Assembly: GCA_039932375.1 (NCBI GenBank)
Contig: JBDTQD010000004.1
Span: 1 to 60,102 of the forward strand
Length of the DNA: 60,102 bases
Origin: Chloroflexota bacterium
GTDB lineage: Bacteria; Chloroflexota; Limnocylindria; QHBO01
Reading direction: 5' to 3'
Part shown: positions 1 through 11,659 of the stretch, in pieces
Layout: the number at the start of each line of letters is the position of its first letter
How positions within the stretch are numbered: position 1 is the first letter of the stretch
Notes under the pieces: generated by a model
Seen by the model: the letters and a program-made list of their open reading frames with translations, nothing else
Databases searched by the model: none
What the model was told of the DNA's origin: nothing
Program-made: the position numbers and the translations under genes

Positions 1-481
1 TCGCGGTGCTGCCGGGCCGGGGAGTCTGGCGAGCGCCGGTTCGCGGCGAGGGGCCCGGCGGCCCGAAGGCGACGAAGCTCTCTCCCGGCGACGGCGCGAT
101 CCCGGCACCACTCGGCTGTGCGGTCGCCGTCTGGCCAAGGATCCCCTGGTCGGGCGTCTGGGAAGCCAGCGCGATGGCCCCATTCCCACGAGTCAGCGAG
201 ATCAGCCGAGAAGCACCGGTGCCCAGGAGGACGGCCCCGAACAGCACCGCAGTCGCCATTCCTGCCACGCGGGCTGATGGCACCAGCCGGCTATTGCGCG
301 CCCTCGCTGGAATCGCCGGCACGCGGGCGCGCCCGGGATCGACGCCGGCGATCAGATCCAGCGCCGCGATCGATTGCCGGCAAGCGGCACAAACCGATGC
401 GTGAACCGCCGCGTCGCGCGGCGGTTCGCCCTCCGCTCCGGCGGTCAGCCAATCCTGGAAGCGCTGGTGCCCCTCGTTCAT
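1..481 (-). CDS. Zinc-binding anti-sigma factor (ZAS), membrane-anchored; runs off the window edge
   Basis: Translated by hand (not in the ORF track): MNEGHQRFQDWLTAG...AVHASVCAACRQ (HxxxCxxC), then a hydrophobic segment (MATAVLFGAVLLGTG) and a Pro/Ser/Thr-rich region, with no stop before base 1. ATGA overlap with the upstream sigma-like gene. Confidence 0.75.
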   Translation of the reverse strand, partial: MNEGHQRFQDWLTAGAEGEPPRDAAVHASVCAACRQSIAALDLIAGVDPGRARVPAIPARARNSRLVPSARVAGMATAVLFGAVLLGTGASRLISLTRGNGAIALASQTPDQGILGQTATAQPSGAGIAPSPGESFVAFGPPGPSPRTGARQTPRPGSTA

Positions 482-1077
482 CGGCGCTCCGCTTCCGACG
501 ACATGGCCCGCGATGCCACTGCTTGAACGCGCCGGGCGAGCTCACCGTAGGCATCGGCCGGCGATGCGCTCGGCATCTCCGACGGCCGCTCGCGAACGCT
601 GCGCAGGTAGCGATCGCGGGCACGCGCAACGATGCGCCCCGTCGCAGCCGGTGAAGCCTGCAGGATCGTCTCGATATCGATCCGTGCAAAGCGCTCGATG
701 GCGGACGCCACGAGGGCGGCACGGTCCCGGATGCTCATTGCCGCCAACCGCTGATAAACCGCGTTATCGACGCCCAGGGCTGCCAGGGCTTCTCGCCTTT
801 CGGCGGCGCCGGCCGGCGCCCCGCCAGAGAGGTGGGTCAACGCGCGAAGCGTTCTCGCTCGCAGCCAGGCGGCGGCCCGCTCGGGGTGACGCAGCGCAGC
901 GGCCTGCTCCGCGCCTGCCGCGAGCGCTGCACCTGCTGCGCGCTCGGCTGCCTGGCCGGCGTTGAGCGAGACGAGCATCGCAAAGCCGTGCAGACGCCGT
1001 CCGTGCAGGTCGCAGAACGCCTCGGCCAGCGTGGCGTCGTCGGGCGACGCGTGGGCAGTGCGGGGTGCGACGGTCAG
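478..1077 (-). CDS. Divergent ECF-type sigma factor-like protein
   Basis: Region-2-like (AFCDLHGRRLHGFAMLV...AAAWL) and region-4-like (LAAMSIRDRAALV...IETIL...ARARDR) segments. Probable CTG start at 1077 just after GGAGGA. Coupled to a ZAS gene. Confidence 0.6.
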   Translation of the reverse strand: MTVAPRTAHASPDDATLAEAFCDLHGRRLHGFAMLVSLNAGQAAERAAGAALAAGAEQAAALRHPERAAAWLRARTLRALTHLSGGAPAGAAERREALAALGVDNAVYQRLAAMSIRDRAALVASAIERFARIDIETILQASPAATGRIVARARDRYLRSVRERPSEMPSASPADAYGELARRVQAVASRAMSSEAERR

Positions 1078-1268
1078 ATCTCCTCCATGACGAAACGGCG
1101 CCCAGCGGACCGGTTGGCGAGCAAGTGTAGGCTCTCGGGGCAATCCGCCCGACCGGGTCGGTGGGGTGCGGATCCGAGTTCCCGCACTTGACTTCGTGCT
1201 AGAATAGCCGCGTCCCACTTGACAAGCCCTTGACAAAGCGCCGCCCTGGCGCGGGATTGCTCAGCCGC

Positions 1269-3110
1269 ATGACCTCATCCGGCATCACCGCCGAGATCAA
1301 ATCCAAGCTCCCCGTGCTCGACGTGGTGGGCGAGACGGTCGCCCTCAAGCGGGCCGGATCCGCCTACAAGGGGCTCTGCCCCTTCCACGCCGAGAAGACG
1401 CCGTCCTTCATCGTGAGTCCAGACCGCGAGACGTGGCGTTGTTTTGGCTGTGGCGAAGGCGGCGACATCTTCACCTTCCTGATGCGGCGCGACGGGATCG
1501 ACTTCCGCGAGGCGCTCTCCCGGCTTGCCGAGAAGGCTGGGGTCGAGCTCTCGGCGCAGACCGCCAAGGATGACCGACATCGGCGCCGATTGCGCGAAGC
1601 CCTCGAGGCGGCGATCGCCTGGTACCGCGAGGTGCTCCTCCAAGTGACCAAGGCCGACGCGGCGCGCCTCTACCTCGCTGAACGCGGCCTCACGCCGGAG
1701 ACGCTCGAACGCTTCGCAGTCGGGTACGCGCCGACCAGCTGGGACGCGCTGACTCGCCGTCTCGTCGGTCGAGGCTTCAACAACGACGAGCTGATTGCCG
1801 CCGGCCTCGCCTCTCCCTCGAACCGCGGTGGCGTGATCGACAAGTTCCGAGGCCGGATAATCATCCCGATCCGGGACGCGTCAGGGCGGCCGGTGGGGCT
1901 TGGCGGACGAATCATGCCGGGCGCCGAGGGGCCGAAGTACCTGAACTCGCCAGCCGGGCCGCTCTTTGACAAGAGCCGCACGCTGTACGGCCTCGACCTG
2001 GCCAAGGCGGCGATCAGGCGCGAAAAGCTGACCGTGATCGTGGAGGGCTACACCGATGTGATGGCCGCCCACCAGGCAGGCTTCCTCAACGTGGTGGCCA
2101 GCCTTGGCACGGCGCTGACCAGGGGACAGATCGAGCTTGCGACGCGGTACGCCGATGCCATCGCCCTTGCATACGACGTCGACCTCGCCGGCGAGGCCGC
2201 AACGCAGCGAGGGTTGATCGAGGAGCTGGGGCCAGATCAGTCGGTGAGCAAGGTGCGCGTCGTTCGGATCCCGGCGGGGAAGGACCCAGACGAGCTGATC
2301 CGCAACGATCCGGAGGCCTGGCGCACCGCGGTCGCCGACGCGAAGCCCGTCATCGACTACTTCATGGATCGAACCGCGGCCGAGGTTGACCTGGACAGCA
2401 TCACCGGCAAGCGCGAGCTCACTGGACGTGCCCTTGCCCTGCTCAAGCGCGTTGGCGATCCGGTCGAGCGGAGCCTCTATCTGCAACGACTGGCGCGGCT
2501 GGTGAACGTGGAGGAGCGGGTGCTGCTCGAGGCACTTGCCCGCGAGCCCATGCGGCGTGCCCCGCGCCTTGCGCCGGTGCCGGTCGGCCCGGCCACCGGA
2601 GAGGCGAGCGGATTGGGTCCCGGCCCGGAACGCGAGGCGCTTGGCCTCCTGCTCCGATACCCGGCGCTGGTGGCAGAGCTCCCAGCCGATGAGCCGCTGC
2701 CTTTCGGGGATGCGGCTGCCGGCGCTCTTATTGCCGCCTGGCGCGAGCGGGTCGGCCAGGGAGCTGCCACCGCTGCCGACCTGGAGGCCTTCGTCGGCAG
2801 CCTCGACCCGGCCACCGCTGGCCTGGCGCGCGACCTGCTCGGGCACCTGGCGGCCAACGGCGACACCGCTCAGCTCGATCCGGAAGCGGCCCGTAACGAG
2901 CTGCGCACCTGCTTGCTGCGACTCCGCGCCGCGCGCGTCGAAGAGGCAATCCACGATGGACAGCTCCTCCTCGTGGAGGCTCAGCGCGACGAGGATGTCG
3001 AGCTGCTGCAAACGCTCAAACAACAGATCAACCAGCTCGGCCGTGCGAAGGCCGACCTCAACAAGGCAATGGAAGGCCCGGCCCACGCGGTCGGCGCGAG
3101 GAGGAACTGA
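1269..3110 (+). CDS. dnaG: DNA primase
   Basis: CPFH..EKTPSF and CFGC zinc finger; PKYLNSP; TOPRIM motifs VEGYTDV and YDVDLAG; directly upstream of rpoD. Confidence 0.97.
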   Translation: MTSSGITAEIKSKLPVLDVVGETVALKRAGSAYKGLCPFHAEKTPSFIVSPDRETWRCFGCGEGGDIFTFLMRRDGIDFREALSRLAEKAGVELSAQTAKDDRHRRRLREALEAAIAWYREVLLQVTKADAARLYLAERGLTPETLERFAVGYAPTSWDALTRRLVGRGFNNDELIAAGLASPSNRGGVIDKFRGRIIIPIRDASGRPVGLGGRIMPGAEGPKYLNSPAGPLFDKSRTLYGLDLAKAAIRREKLTVIVEGYTDVMAAHQAGFLNVVASLGTALTRGQIELATRYADAIALAYDVDLAGEAATQRGLIEELGPDQSVSKVRVVRIPAGKDPDELIRNDPEAWRTAVADAKPVIDYFMDRTAAEVDLDSITGKRELTGRALALLKRVGDPVERSLYLQRLARLVNVEERVLLEALAREPMRRAPRLAPVPVGPATGEASGLGPGPEREALGLLLRYPALVAELPADEPLPFGDAAAGALIAAWRERVGQGAATAADLEAFVGSLDPATAGLARDLLGHLAANGDTAQLDPEAARNELRTCLLRLRAARVEEAIHDGQLLLVEAQRDEDVELLQTLKQQINQLGRAKADLNKAMEGPAHAVGARRN

Positions 3111-3112
3111 CC

Positions 3113-5179
<2,067 letters not shown>

Positions 5180-5216
5180 TTTCCGTGGCCGCCTCCGGGC
5201 CGCAGTTTCGCGCATA

Positions 5217-5253
5217 GGTCAGGCCGCTGTTCCCTCGGGGCAGCGGCCTGACC
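5217..5253. terminator. Strong hairpin after rpoD
   Basis: GGTCAGGCCGCTG...CAGCGGCCTGACC 13-bp inverted repeat; no U-tract. Confidence 0.55.
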
Positions 5254-5687
5254 ATGTGGGCGGCGCTGATGCATCGATGCGACCAGTGCGTACTTCAACC
5301 AGTCGAGGCCTGCCCAAGCAGCCGGCCCGCGCGACCGGGAGATCCATCGGTCGCGACGACCTGATCGCCGGAGGGAGCCTATGGCCGGACACAGCTCGCC
5401 CAGGGACGAGATCATTCGGGCAAAACGAGGCAGCCCGCAATGCGTTCATCCGGTCCGGGGAGCAGACCGAGGGACAGCTCGACGAGCGCGAGTCCGAGCT
5501 TCGGCGGGATGCCAGGGTGCACCCGGGGGTCGGCGCGACACTGCCTCCCACCTGCGGCACCTGACTGCGATGCAGATGGGAGCCGTAGCCCGGGGGGCCG
5601 CGGCTCCCCCGCAACATCGGCACCGCAATCCTTCAGCACGGACGCTATCGCCCAGATCAAGAAGGAGATACGGATGGATCTTCGCGC

Positions 5688-5712
5688 GATCGACTTGCGA
5701 TTCGCGCCCGTA
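5688..5712 (+). promoter_or_regulatory. Candidate ECF-sigma promoter for the DUF4331 operon
   Basis: GATCG-N16-CGTA, ending 32 nt before the ATG; resembles GATCC/CATCC-N16-CGTA ECF promoters. Confidence 0.35.
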
Positions 5713-5744
5713 CCACACATCAGAGTTGAGGAGTACTGATCACC

Positions 5745-6854
5745 ATGCGCACTTCTGTACTACGCACCATCGGCGGACCGATTGCGATCCTGCTCGCAGC
5801 GCTGGCGCTCGTCGTCGGCTCCGCGGCCTTCCGCGTCGGTGCCTCCGACCATCTCGACGCGCCCACGGTTCGCGCCGACGGGCGAATCGACATCAACGAT
5901 CTCTATGTCTTCCAGGGACACAACGCGTCCCACACCGTGCTGGCCATGACGGTCGACCCAGCCGCCGGAATCCTGTCCCCGACCAGCTTCCGCCCCGGCG
6001 CGCTGTACCAGTTCAACATCAGCACGAATGGCGACACGATCCCGGAGATTGCGTACCGTGTGAAGTTCGGGGGCATTGGCTCCAAGGGCACCCAGCACGT
6101 CTCGGTGCACCGCGCCGATGGGGCTAGCAAAGCGGCCTCTGGCGCTGGCGGCAAGGCGATCGGCTCCGGCACGTCATACCAGACCATCAACCTTGCCGGT
6201 GGTGGCTGGGCATGGGCCGGCCTGCGCGACGATCCATTCTTCTTCGATCTGGATGCCTTCAAGCATTTCAAGGCGACCCTGCTGGCAGGTGGCGGGCTGG
6301 CCGACCTCGGCGGCCTTGTCAACTGCAGCCGTACGAACCCCAAGCCGACCGACTTCTTCCTCGGGTTCAACGCGATGGCAATCGTCCTCGAGGTGCCGGA
6401 TTCGGCGCTCGGCAGTGGAACCATCAAGGTCTGGGCCAACACCCTGGTCGACGAGAATGGCCAGCTGACCCAGGTCGACCGGGTGGGCCTGCCCGGCATC
6501 AACACGATCTTCAATCACACCGATGCCACCAAGGAGGCCTACAACCGAGCCAATCCCAAGAACGATGTGGCTAACTACACCGGTGCTGTGGCTGGCGTGG
6601 TCAACTTGGTCACGACCCTGGCCGGCACGAACGTGGCTGGCTATCCGGCTGCGATCGCCGCGGCCCTGCTGCCGGATGTCCTCACCTACAACACCGCAAC
6701 GCCGGCGAACTTCAACAACCTCAACGGTCGCACTCTTTCGAACGATGTGATCGATAAGGCGCTGACGGTGGTCGCCAACACGACGCTCACCGACTGTGTC
6801 CCGAACGACTCAACGTTCTTGCCCAGCTTCCCGTACCTCGGCGTTCCGAACTGA
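5745..6854 (+). CDS. Secreted DUF4331-family protein
   Basis: Signal peptide; ASDHLDAP..DINDLYVF, G.RDDPFFFDL, QVDRVGLP, NGRTLSNDVID, FPYLG motifs. Confidence 0.85.
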   Translation: MRTSVLRTIGGPIAILLAALALVVGSAAFRVGASDHLDAPTVRADGRIDINDLYVFQGHNASHTVLAMTVDPAAGILSPTSFRPGALYQFNISTNGDTIPEIAYRVKFGGIGSKGTQHVSVHRADGASKAASGAGGKAIGSGTSYQTINLAGGGWAWAGLRDDPFFFDLDAFKHFKATLLAGGGLADLGGLVNCSRTNPKPTDFFLGFNAMAIVLEVPDSALGSGTIKVWANTLVDENGQLTQVDRVGLPGINTIFNHTDATKEAYNRANPKNDVANYTGAVAGVVNLVTTLAGTNVAGYPAAIAAALLPDVLTYNTATPANFNNLNGRTLSNDVIDKALTVVANTTLTDCVPNDSTFLPSFPYLGVPN

Positions 6855-6868
6855 TCGGCGCCACCATT

Positions 6869-6897
6869 CCCCGTGCCGGGTCATCCCGGCACGGGGC
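6869..6897 (+). other. Intercistronic hairpin
   Basis: CCCCGTGCCGGG-tcat-CCCGGCACGGGG. Confidence 0.6.
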
Positions 6898-6932
6898 TCA
6901 ATCCACCGGTTCCTGAGATCGGACCCAGACCG

Positions 6933-8345
6933 ATGACCAATCGACCATCAACCTCGCGAGTCGCCGGTCGCGCCTCGCAGCGGCGCGGCTTTCTCTTCCT
7001 CGCGGCCGCCATGCTCGTGGCGGGGGGCAGCTACCTCGTTGTCCCATCCAACGCCAAGCCAGGCGGCGCGCATACCTCGGTTCCCGCCTTGGGCGCCCCG
7101 GGCTCGCCGTCACTCGACGCCATCGCGTCGAGCGCATCCGGCGGACTCGCGCCGCCCGCGGAGCGCGTCGCCTTCTGGGAGCGGCGCGTCTCCGCAGGTG
7201 GCAGCACGCCAAGCTACCTGAACCTTATCTACCTGGCTGACGCCTATCTCGACCACAGCCGCGCCACCGGTGCGCTGGACGACCTGAAGCGCGCGGAGAC
7301 CGCGTTGGGCCGAGCCGAGACGAGCACACCAGACCCGAAGGCGGTGCAGGCCCGCCAGGCCCTCGTCGCTTTTTCGCTGCATGAATGGGGGCGGTCACTG
7401 CAGATCTCGGGCGATCTGCTGGCCAAGGATCCGCACAACCTCGCCGCGCTCGGCGTCTCCGGCGACGCGCTCCTGGAGACGGGGCGAATCGACGCGGCGC
7501 GGGCGCGGTACGCGATCCTCGAGCAGCTTGTCCCATCGCCGGCGGTGTGGAGTCGCCTCGGACGCGTCGCATTCCTCACCGGCGTGCCAGAGACCGCATT
7601 GCGGCTCGTCGGACAGGCTGTTTCCGGAGCGGTCGATGAGGGATATCCGGACGCGATCGCCTTCTACCGATTCCAGCTCGGCGAGCTCGATCGGCAGACC
7701 GGACAGCGGGAGCAGGCCGCTCGCAACTACGAGGCGGCCCTCGCGGCGCTCCCTGACTACGTGCCTGCCACCGTTGGCCTTGCGCGGGTCCGTGAGGCAC
7801 AGGGACGGCGCGCCGACGCGATCAAGCTTCTGCAACGCGCGGTCGCACGCCTGCCGCAGCCCGAAACAGTGGCCATGCTCGGCGACCTATATGCCCTCGA
7901 TGGCGACACGCTCCGGGCCGAGCGGGAGTACGCGCTAGTCGACCGCATCGGCGACGTGGCCCGTGCGACGGGGTCTGTCTACGACCGGCAGCTGACCCTG
8001 TTCGCCGCCGATCACGATCGCAACCTCGCCGACGCGGTGGTGCGTGGGCGTGCCGAGCTGGCTCTGCGCCCCGACGTCTACGGCTACGACGCGCTCGCCT
8101 GGGCCCTCTTCAAGTCTGGCCACCTCGAGGAGGCGGCGGCGGCGGCGCACAGCGCGCTCGCGCTGGGAACACCCGACCCGCGGATCGCATATCACGCGGG
8201 CATGATCGCTGCCGCCCAAGGGCGTGCCAGCGAGGCGCGCACCCTGCTGCGACGAGCCGTTGACGGCGCGATCATGCTCCCACCGCTCCAGGTGTCCGTG
8301 GCGCGCGACGCTCTCGCCGCCTTCGACACGAGCGCGGCGCGATGA
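6933..8345 (+). CDS. Membrane-anchored tetratricopeptide-repeat protein
   Basis: N-terminal TM helix followed by helical TPR-like repeats (YDALAWALFKSG, YHAGMI). Confidence 0.85.
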   Translation: MTNRPSTSRVAGRASQRRGFLFLAAAMLVAGGSYLVVPSNAKPGGAHTSVPALGAPGSPSLDAIASSASGGLAPPAERVAFWERRVSAGGSTPSYLNLIYLADAYLDHSRATGALDDLKRAETALGRAETSTPDPKAVQARQALVAFSLHEWGRSLQISGDLLAKDPHNLAALGVSGDALLETGRIDAARARYAILEQLVPSPAVWSRLGRVAFLTGVPETALRLVGQAVSGAVDEGYPDAIAFYRFQLGELDRQTGQREQAARNYEAALAALPDYVPATVGLARVREAQGRRADAIKLLQRAVARLPQPETVAMLGDLYALDGDTLRAEREYALVDRIGDVARATGSVYDRQLTLFAADHDRNLADAVVRGRAELALRPDVYGYDALAWALFKSGHLEEAAAAAHSALALGTPDPRIAYHAGMIAAAQGRASEARTLLRRAVDGAIMLPPLQVSVARDALAAFDTSAAR

Positions 8346-9814
8346 GGCGCCGGCACCGGACCCTGGCAACGCTCCCTCTGGCAATGCTGGCTGCTGTCGT
8401 CTGGGCCGGTGTGGCGAGTGCCCATCCGCTGGGCAACTACACCGTCAATCGGGCGGTGATCGTCCGGCTAGCTCCAGCTGAGGTGGCGCTGCGCTACGTG
8501 GTCGACATGGCCGAGATCCCCGCCTTCGGCGAGCTGCAGGCGATGGACACCAACGCCGACGGTCACACCGATGCCGCGGAGATGGGCACCTATGCGGGTG
8601 CCACCTGCGAGGCCTCTCGCCGGGCGCTCACCGTGCAACTCGACGGTGCGGCAGCGGAGGTCCGCCTGCGTGCGACCCCACAGCTGTCCTTTCCAGCCGG
8701 AGCCGGCGGACTCCAGACTCTGCGCTTGGTCTGCTCGTTCGGCGTGCAGCTGCCCGCAGGTGGGACCGCGCGGACCATCCACGTCGCCGACACAACCAAC
8801 GATGGCCACGTCGGCTGGCACGAGGTGATCATCGCTGCCGCGCCCGGCGTCTCGGTAGTCCACTCGGACGCTCCCGCCAAAAGCCGATCGGAGGAGCTGA
8901 CTCGCTATCCGATCGACTCGCTCCAGAGCCCGCCGGACATCCGGGCCGGGAGCGCAACATTCCAGGTTGCCACCGGTGCGAGGGGGAGTGGCAGCGTGAT
9001 GGATCCAGCGGCTCCCCTGGCTCGCGCGAGCGCCAACGACCCGCTCGCTGCGCTGGTCGGTGGCCCTTTGAGCCCGCTGCCAGTGGTGCTCGGCATCCTG
9101 CTGGCGGCCGGACTCGGTGCGGCGCATGCTGTCTCGCCCGGGCACGGCAAGACGCTGGTGGCCGCCTACCTGATCGGATCGCAAGGGTCGCGGCGGCACG
9201 CCGCCACCCTCGGGCTGACGGTGGCCGTCACACATACCGCGGGGGTCTTCCTGCTCGGCGCGGTGACGCTGCTGGCCGGCCAGTTCCTGGTGCCGGAGCG
9301 CGTCATCGGCTGGCTCACGATCGGCTCGGGGTTCCTGGTGGTACTGCTTGGCGCTGGCCTCGTCCTGCGCGCGGTGCGCGGCTCACGCACTGGGCCCGAC
9401 CACCCTCACGCCCATAACCACGGTCATGACCACGCCCACCAGCATCCCCACCCGCTCCCGATCGCCCATGCACATGCGGCGGAGCTGCGTGCGCGGAACG
9501 TCGTCGCCCTGGGACTGGCGGGCGGCATGGTGCCGAGCGCATCGGCTCTGATCGTGCTGCTTGTCGGGATCACCACCGGCCGGCTCGCCTTCGGGCTGAT
9601 CCTCATCGTCGCGTTCGGCGTCGGCATGTCGCTCGTCCTTGGAGGTCTGGCCGTGGCCACCACCATGCTGAGAGGAGCACTGGCGGCATCCGGCGGGATC
9701 GCCTCGCATCCCATCGTGCGCCGTGCGGCCGGGCTGGTTCCCCTCGTCTCGGGCATCGCCGTCCTGATGGCCGGGCTCGCCGTAACGATCGGGGCCATCA
9801 GCCGTGGCGCCTGA
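8342..9814 (+). CDS. Ni/Co transporter (NicO/RcnA-like) with N-terminal extracytoplasmic domain
   Basis: Signal peptide ending AHPLGN; GAAHAVSPGHGKT motif; His-rich loop (HPHAHNHGHDHAHQHPH); GMVPS; several TM helices. Confidence 0.85.
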   Translation: MRRRHRTLATLPLAMLAAVVWAGVASAHPLGNYTVNRAVIVRLAPAEVALRYVVDMAEIPAFGELQAMDTNADGHTDAAEMGTYAGATCEASRRALTVQLDGAAAEVRLRATPQLSFPAGAGGLQTLRLVCSFGVQLPAGGTARTIHVADTTNDGHVGWHEVIIAAAPGVSVVHSDAPAKSRSEELTRYPIDSLQSPPDIRAGSATFQVATGARGSGSVMDPAAPLARASANDPLAALVGGPLSPLPVVLGILLAAGLGAAHAVSPGHGKTLVAAYLIGSQGSRRHAATLGLTVAVTHTAGVFLLGAVTLLAGQFLVPERVIGWLTIGSGFLVVLLGAGLVLRAVRGSRTGPDHPHAHNHGHDHAHQHPHPLPIAHAHAAELRARNVVALGLAGGMVPSASALIVLLVGITTGRLAFGLILIVAFGVGMSLVLGGLAVATTMLRGALAASGGIASHPIVRRAAGLVPLVSGIAVLMAGLAVTIGAISRGA

Positions 9815-9826
9815 CCCCCATCGTCT

Positions 9827-9856
9827 TTGACCGCTCGCGACGAGCACGGGTATCAT
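9827..9856 (+). promoter_or_regulatory. sigma70-type promoter for tRNA-Asn
   Basis: TTGACC-N18-TATCAT. Confidence 0.6.
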
Positions 9857-9896
9857 CGGCCGGTCCCACCGGCCTTCCCGATCGGCCGGCGCACGT

Positions 9897-9971
9897 TCCG
9901 GCGTAGCTCAGTGGTAGAGCGGGCGGCTGTTAACCGCTTGGTCGTAGGTTCGAGTCCTACCGCCGGAGCCA
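9897..9971 (+). tRNA. tRNA-Asn(GTT)
   Basis: TCCGGCG/CGCCGGA acceptor stem, CT-GTT-AA anticodon loop, GGTTCGAGTCC T-arm, encoded CCA. Confidence 0.97.
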
Positions 9972-10013
9972 CCCTTGAAGGAACCCAGCACTCGCTCCCG
10001 GCGTCCCGAGGAC

Positions 10014-10688
10014 ATGACAAGCCCAATCCGTACCACGCTCGTCGTCATGGCCATTACCGTGGCCGTGGCGATCGGCGCATGCTCGATCTTCCCCGCTGCC
10101 TCCAGCCAGTCGACCACCGCCGCCCAGGCAGCGCGCCTCGCTCTCGCCCAGCAGGCTCGGTTCGCGGGGATCGGCCCATTCGACCAGAAGCTGATCGGCC
10201 AGGCAGCCTGGTACAAGGTCGCGGCCTCGGGTGATGGCTGGGAGGTGCTGGTCCGGATCGGTTGGGGTGACTGCCCGGCAGGCTGCATCAACCAGCACCG
10301 CTGGACCTACTCCGTCGCCCGGAACGGGAGCGTCAAGCTCGAGGATGAAGCGGGTGATCCTCTACCCGCCGCGACCGGTGTGCGAGGCACGGTGACCGCC
10401 GGTCCGACCTGTCCGGTGATCAGGGACCCGCCGGATTCCAACTGCGCCGACCGTCCGGTGGCCGGGGCGATTCTGGCCTTCAGCGACGCGACCGGCACCG
10501 AGGTGGCTCGGGTCACATCAAACGAGGAGGGAACCTTCGTGGTCGAGCTTGCGCCCGGCTCGTATCGCGTCGCCGTTAACCCGGTCGAAGGATACATGGG
10601 TACGCCGACGCCGATGGACGTCGAGGTCGAGGCCGGTCAGCCAATGGCGGAGCTGCAGATCTCATTCGATACCGGGATCCGCGGCTGA
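10014..10688 (+). CDS. Putative lipoprotein with a C-terminal carboxypeptidase-regulatory-like beta domain
   Basis: Lipobox-like IGAC; GWGDCPAGC; GPTCPV...C..RP motif; LAPGSY. Confidence 0.65.
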   Translation: MTSPIRTTLVVMAITVAVAIGACSIFPAASSQSTTAAQAARLALAQQARFAGIGPFDQKLIGQAAWYKVAASGDGWEVLVRIGWGDCPAGCINQHRWTYSVARNGSVKLEDEAGDPLPAATGVRGTVTAGPTCPVIRDPPDSNCADRPVAGAILAFSDATGTEVARVTSNEEGTFVVELAPGSYRVAVNPVEGYMGTPTPMDVEVEAGQPMAELQISFDTGIRG

Positions 10689-10706
10689 TTGCCCGCGGAC
10701 CGCCGG

Positions 10707-10916
10707 CTAGCGCCGCTTCGGCTCGAAGTCGGGGTCGATCGGTGCGGTGGGACCCTCGTTTTCGGCCGTGGGGAGCAGGACCCAGGTAAAGACCGCCATC
10801 GCCGCTGCGAAGATGAGAAGGAGGGCCGATCCGGCCGGCTCGCCGTGGGTCACCCACAGGTAGACGACGCCGACCAGGGCGATCAGCGCCGGGAGGGCGA
10901 GGACGCGGATCAGCAT
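10707..10916 (-). CDS. Small 2-TM membrane protein (weak resemblance to actinobacterial CtaF N-terminus)
   Basis: Two hydrophobic helices around YLW...EPAGSALL; TATCAT 7 nt before the ATG. Confidence 0.6.
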   Translation of the reverse strand: MLIRVLALPALIALVGVVYLWVTHGEPAGSALLLIFAAAMAVFTWVLLPTAENEGPTAPIDPDFEPKRR

Positions 10917-10990
10917 AGTCGCGATGATAGCCGACGGCCGCGTCGAGCTCCCGCCTTGGTCGCGCGCAATAATCTATGCATAGCTATGAC

Positions 10991-11551
10991 TCAGACCAAC
11001 CAGCCGCAGTCGGTGCGAGCGACCGCCCGCTGGTCGCCCGGCCGGATCCCCGTCACGGGCTCGTTGGCCTTCACAAGCGGGCCACCGCCGAGCAGCTCCC
11101 GCTCCGCCAGGGAGGCGCGGCGGACGGCGGGATCGGTGACAGGAGCCTCCCCTTCGGTCACGTCGGGGGGGGCCGACCGCGGACCGGGGATCGGCGGCCG
11201 GCTGACCGCCGGGCGGGCGGTGACCAGCTTGCCATCGGGATAGGCGAGCCACAGGCCCCGCATACGGGCGATGAAATGCTCGGGCATCCCCGGCACCAGC
11301 AGATCGACCTGCCCGGAACGGCTGCGGCGGTAGCCACGCGGACGCTCGTCGGCCCGCACGCGGTCCACGAACGACGTCGCCAGGAGCTCGTTGACCGCCA
11401 CCGCGATCGCCTGTGGCGCATCGACCTCCGACGTACCGTCGCGGAAGGTTGCGGTGCCAACGACTGCCTGCTGATCGCTCCCCTGGCTGCCCTGCAGCAG
11501 CTCGTAGACGATCGTGTCCTCGGTCCGCAGCCGCACGATGGGATCGATCAC
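10991..11551 (-). CDS. Hypothetical protein
   Basis: Protein-like composition from GTG 11551 (IDPIVRLRTEDTIVYELL...); TATCCT 6 nt upstream of the start. Confidence 0.6.
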   Translation of the reverse strand: MIDPIVRLRTEDTIVYELLQGSQGSDQQAVVGTATFRDGTSEVDAPQAIAVAVNELLATSFVDRVRADERPRGYRRSRSGQVDLLVPGMPEHFIARMRGLWLAYPDGKLVTARPAVSRPPIPGPRSAPPDVTEGEAPVTDPAVRRASLAERELLGGGPLVKANEPVTGIRPGDQRAVARTDCGWLV

Positions 11552-11659
11552 GGCCGCAGGATAGCCGATGCGGCGGGCGGATCGAGGGCGCATGCGTGCA
11601 CGCCGCCGCCGGGTTCGCTTCGCTAGAATCGCCGGGCCAATGCCGCACGGAGGAGCCGA

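Noticed and set aside
5180-5744. Cobalamin or NiCo riboswitch upstream of the metal transporter operon
   Set aside because: I could not identify a B12-box or other conserved core by eye.
10974-10988. Overlapping AT-rich palindromes CTATGCATAG/CATAGCTATG
   Set aside because: Short, single occurrence, with no regulator to link them to.
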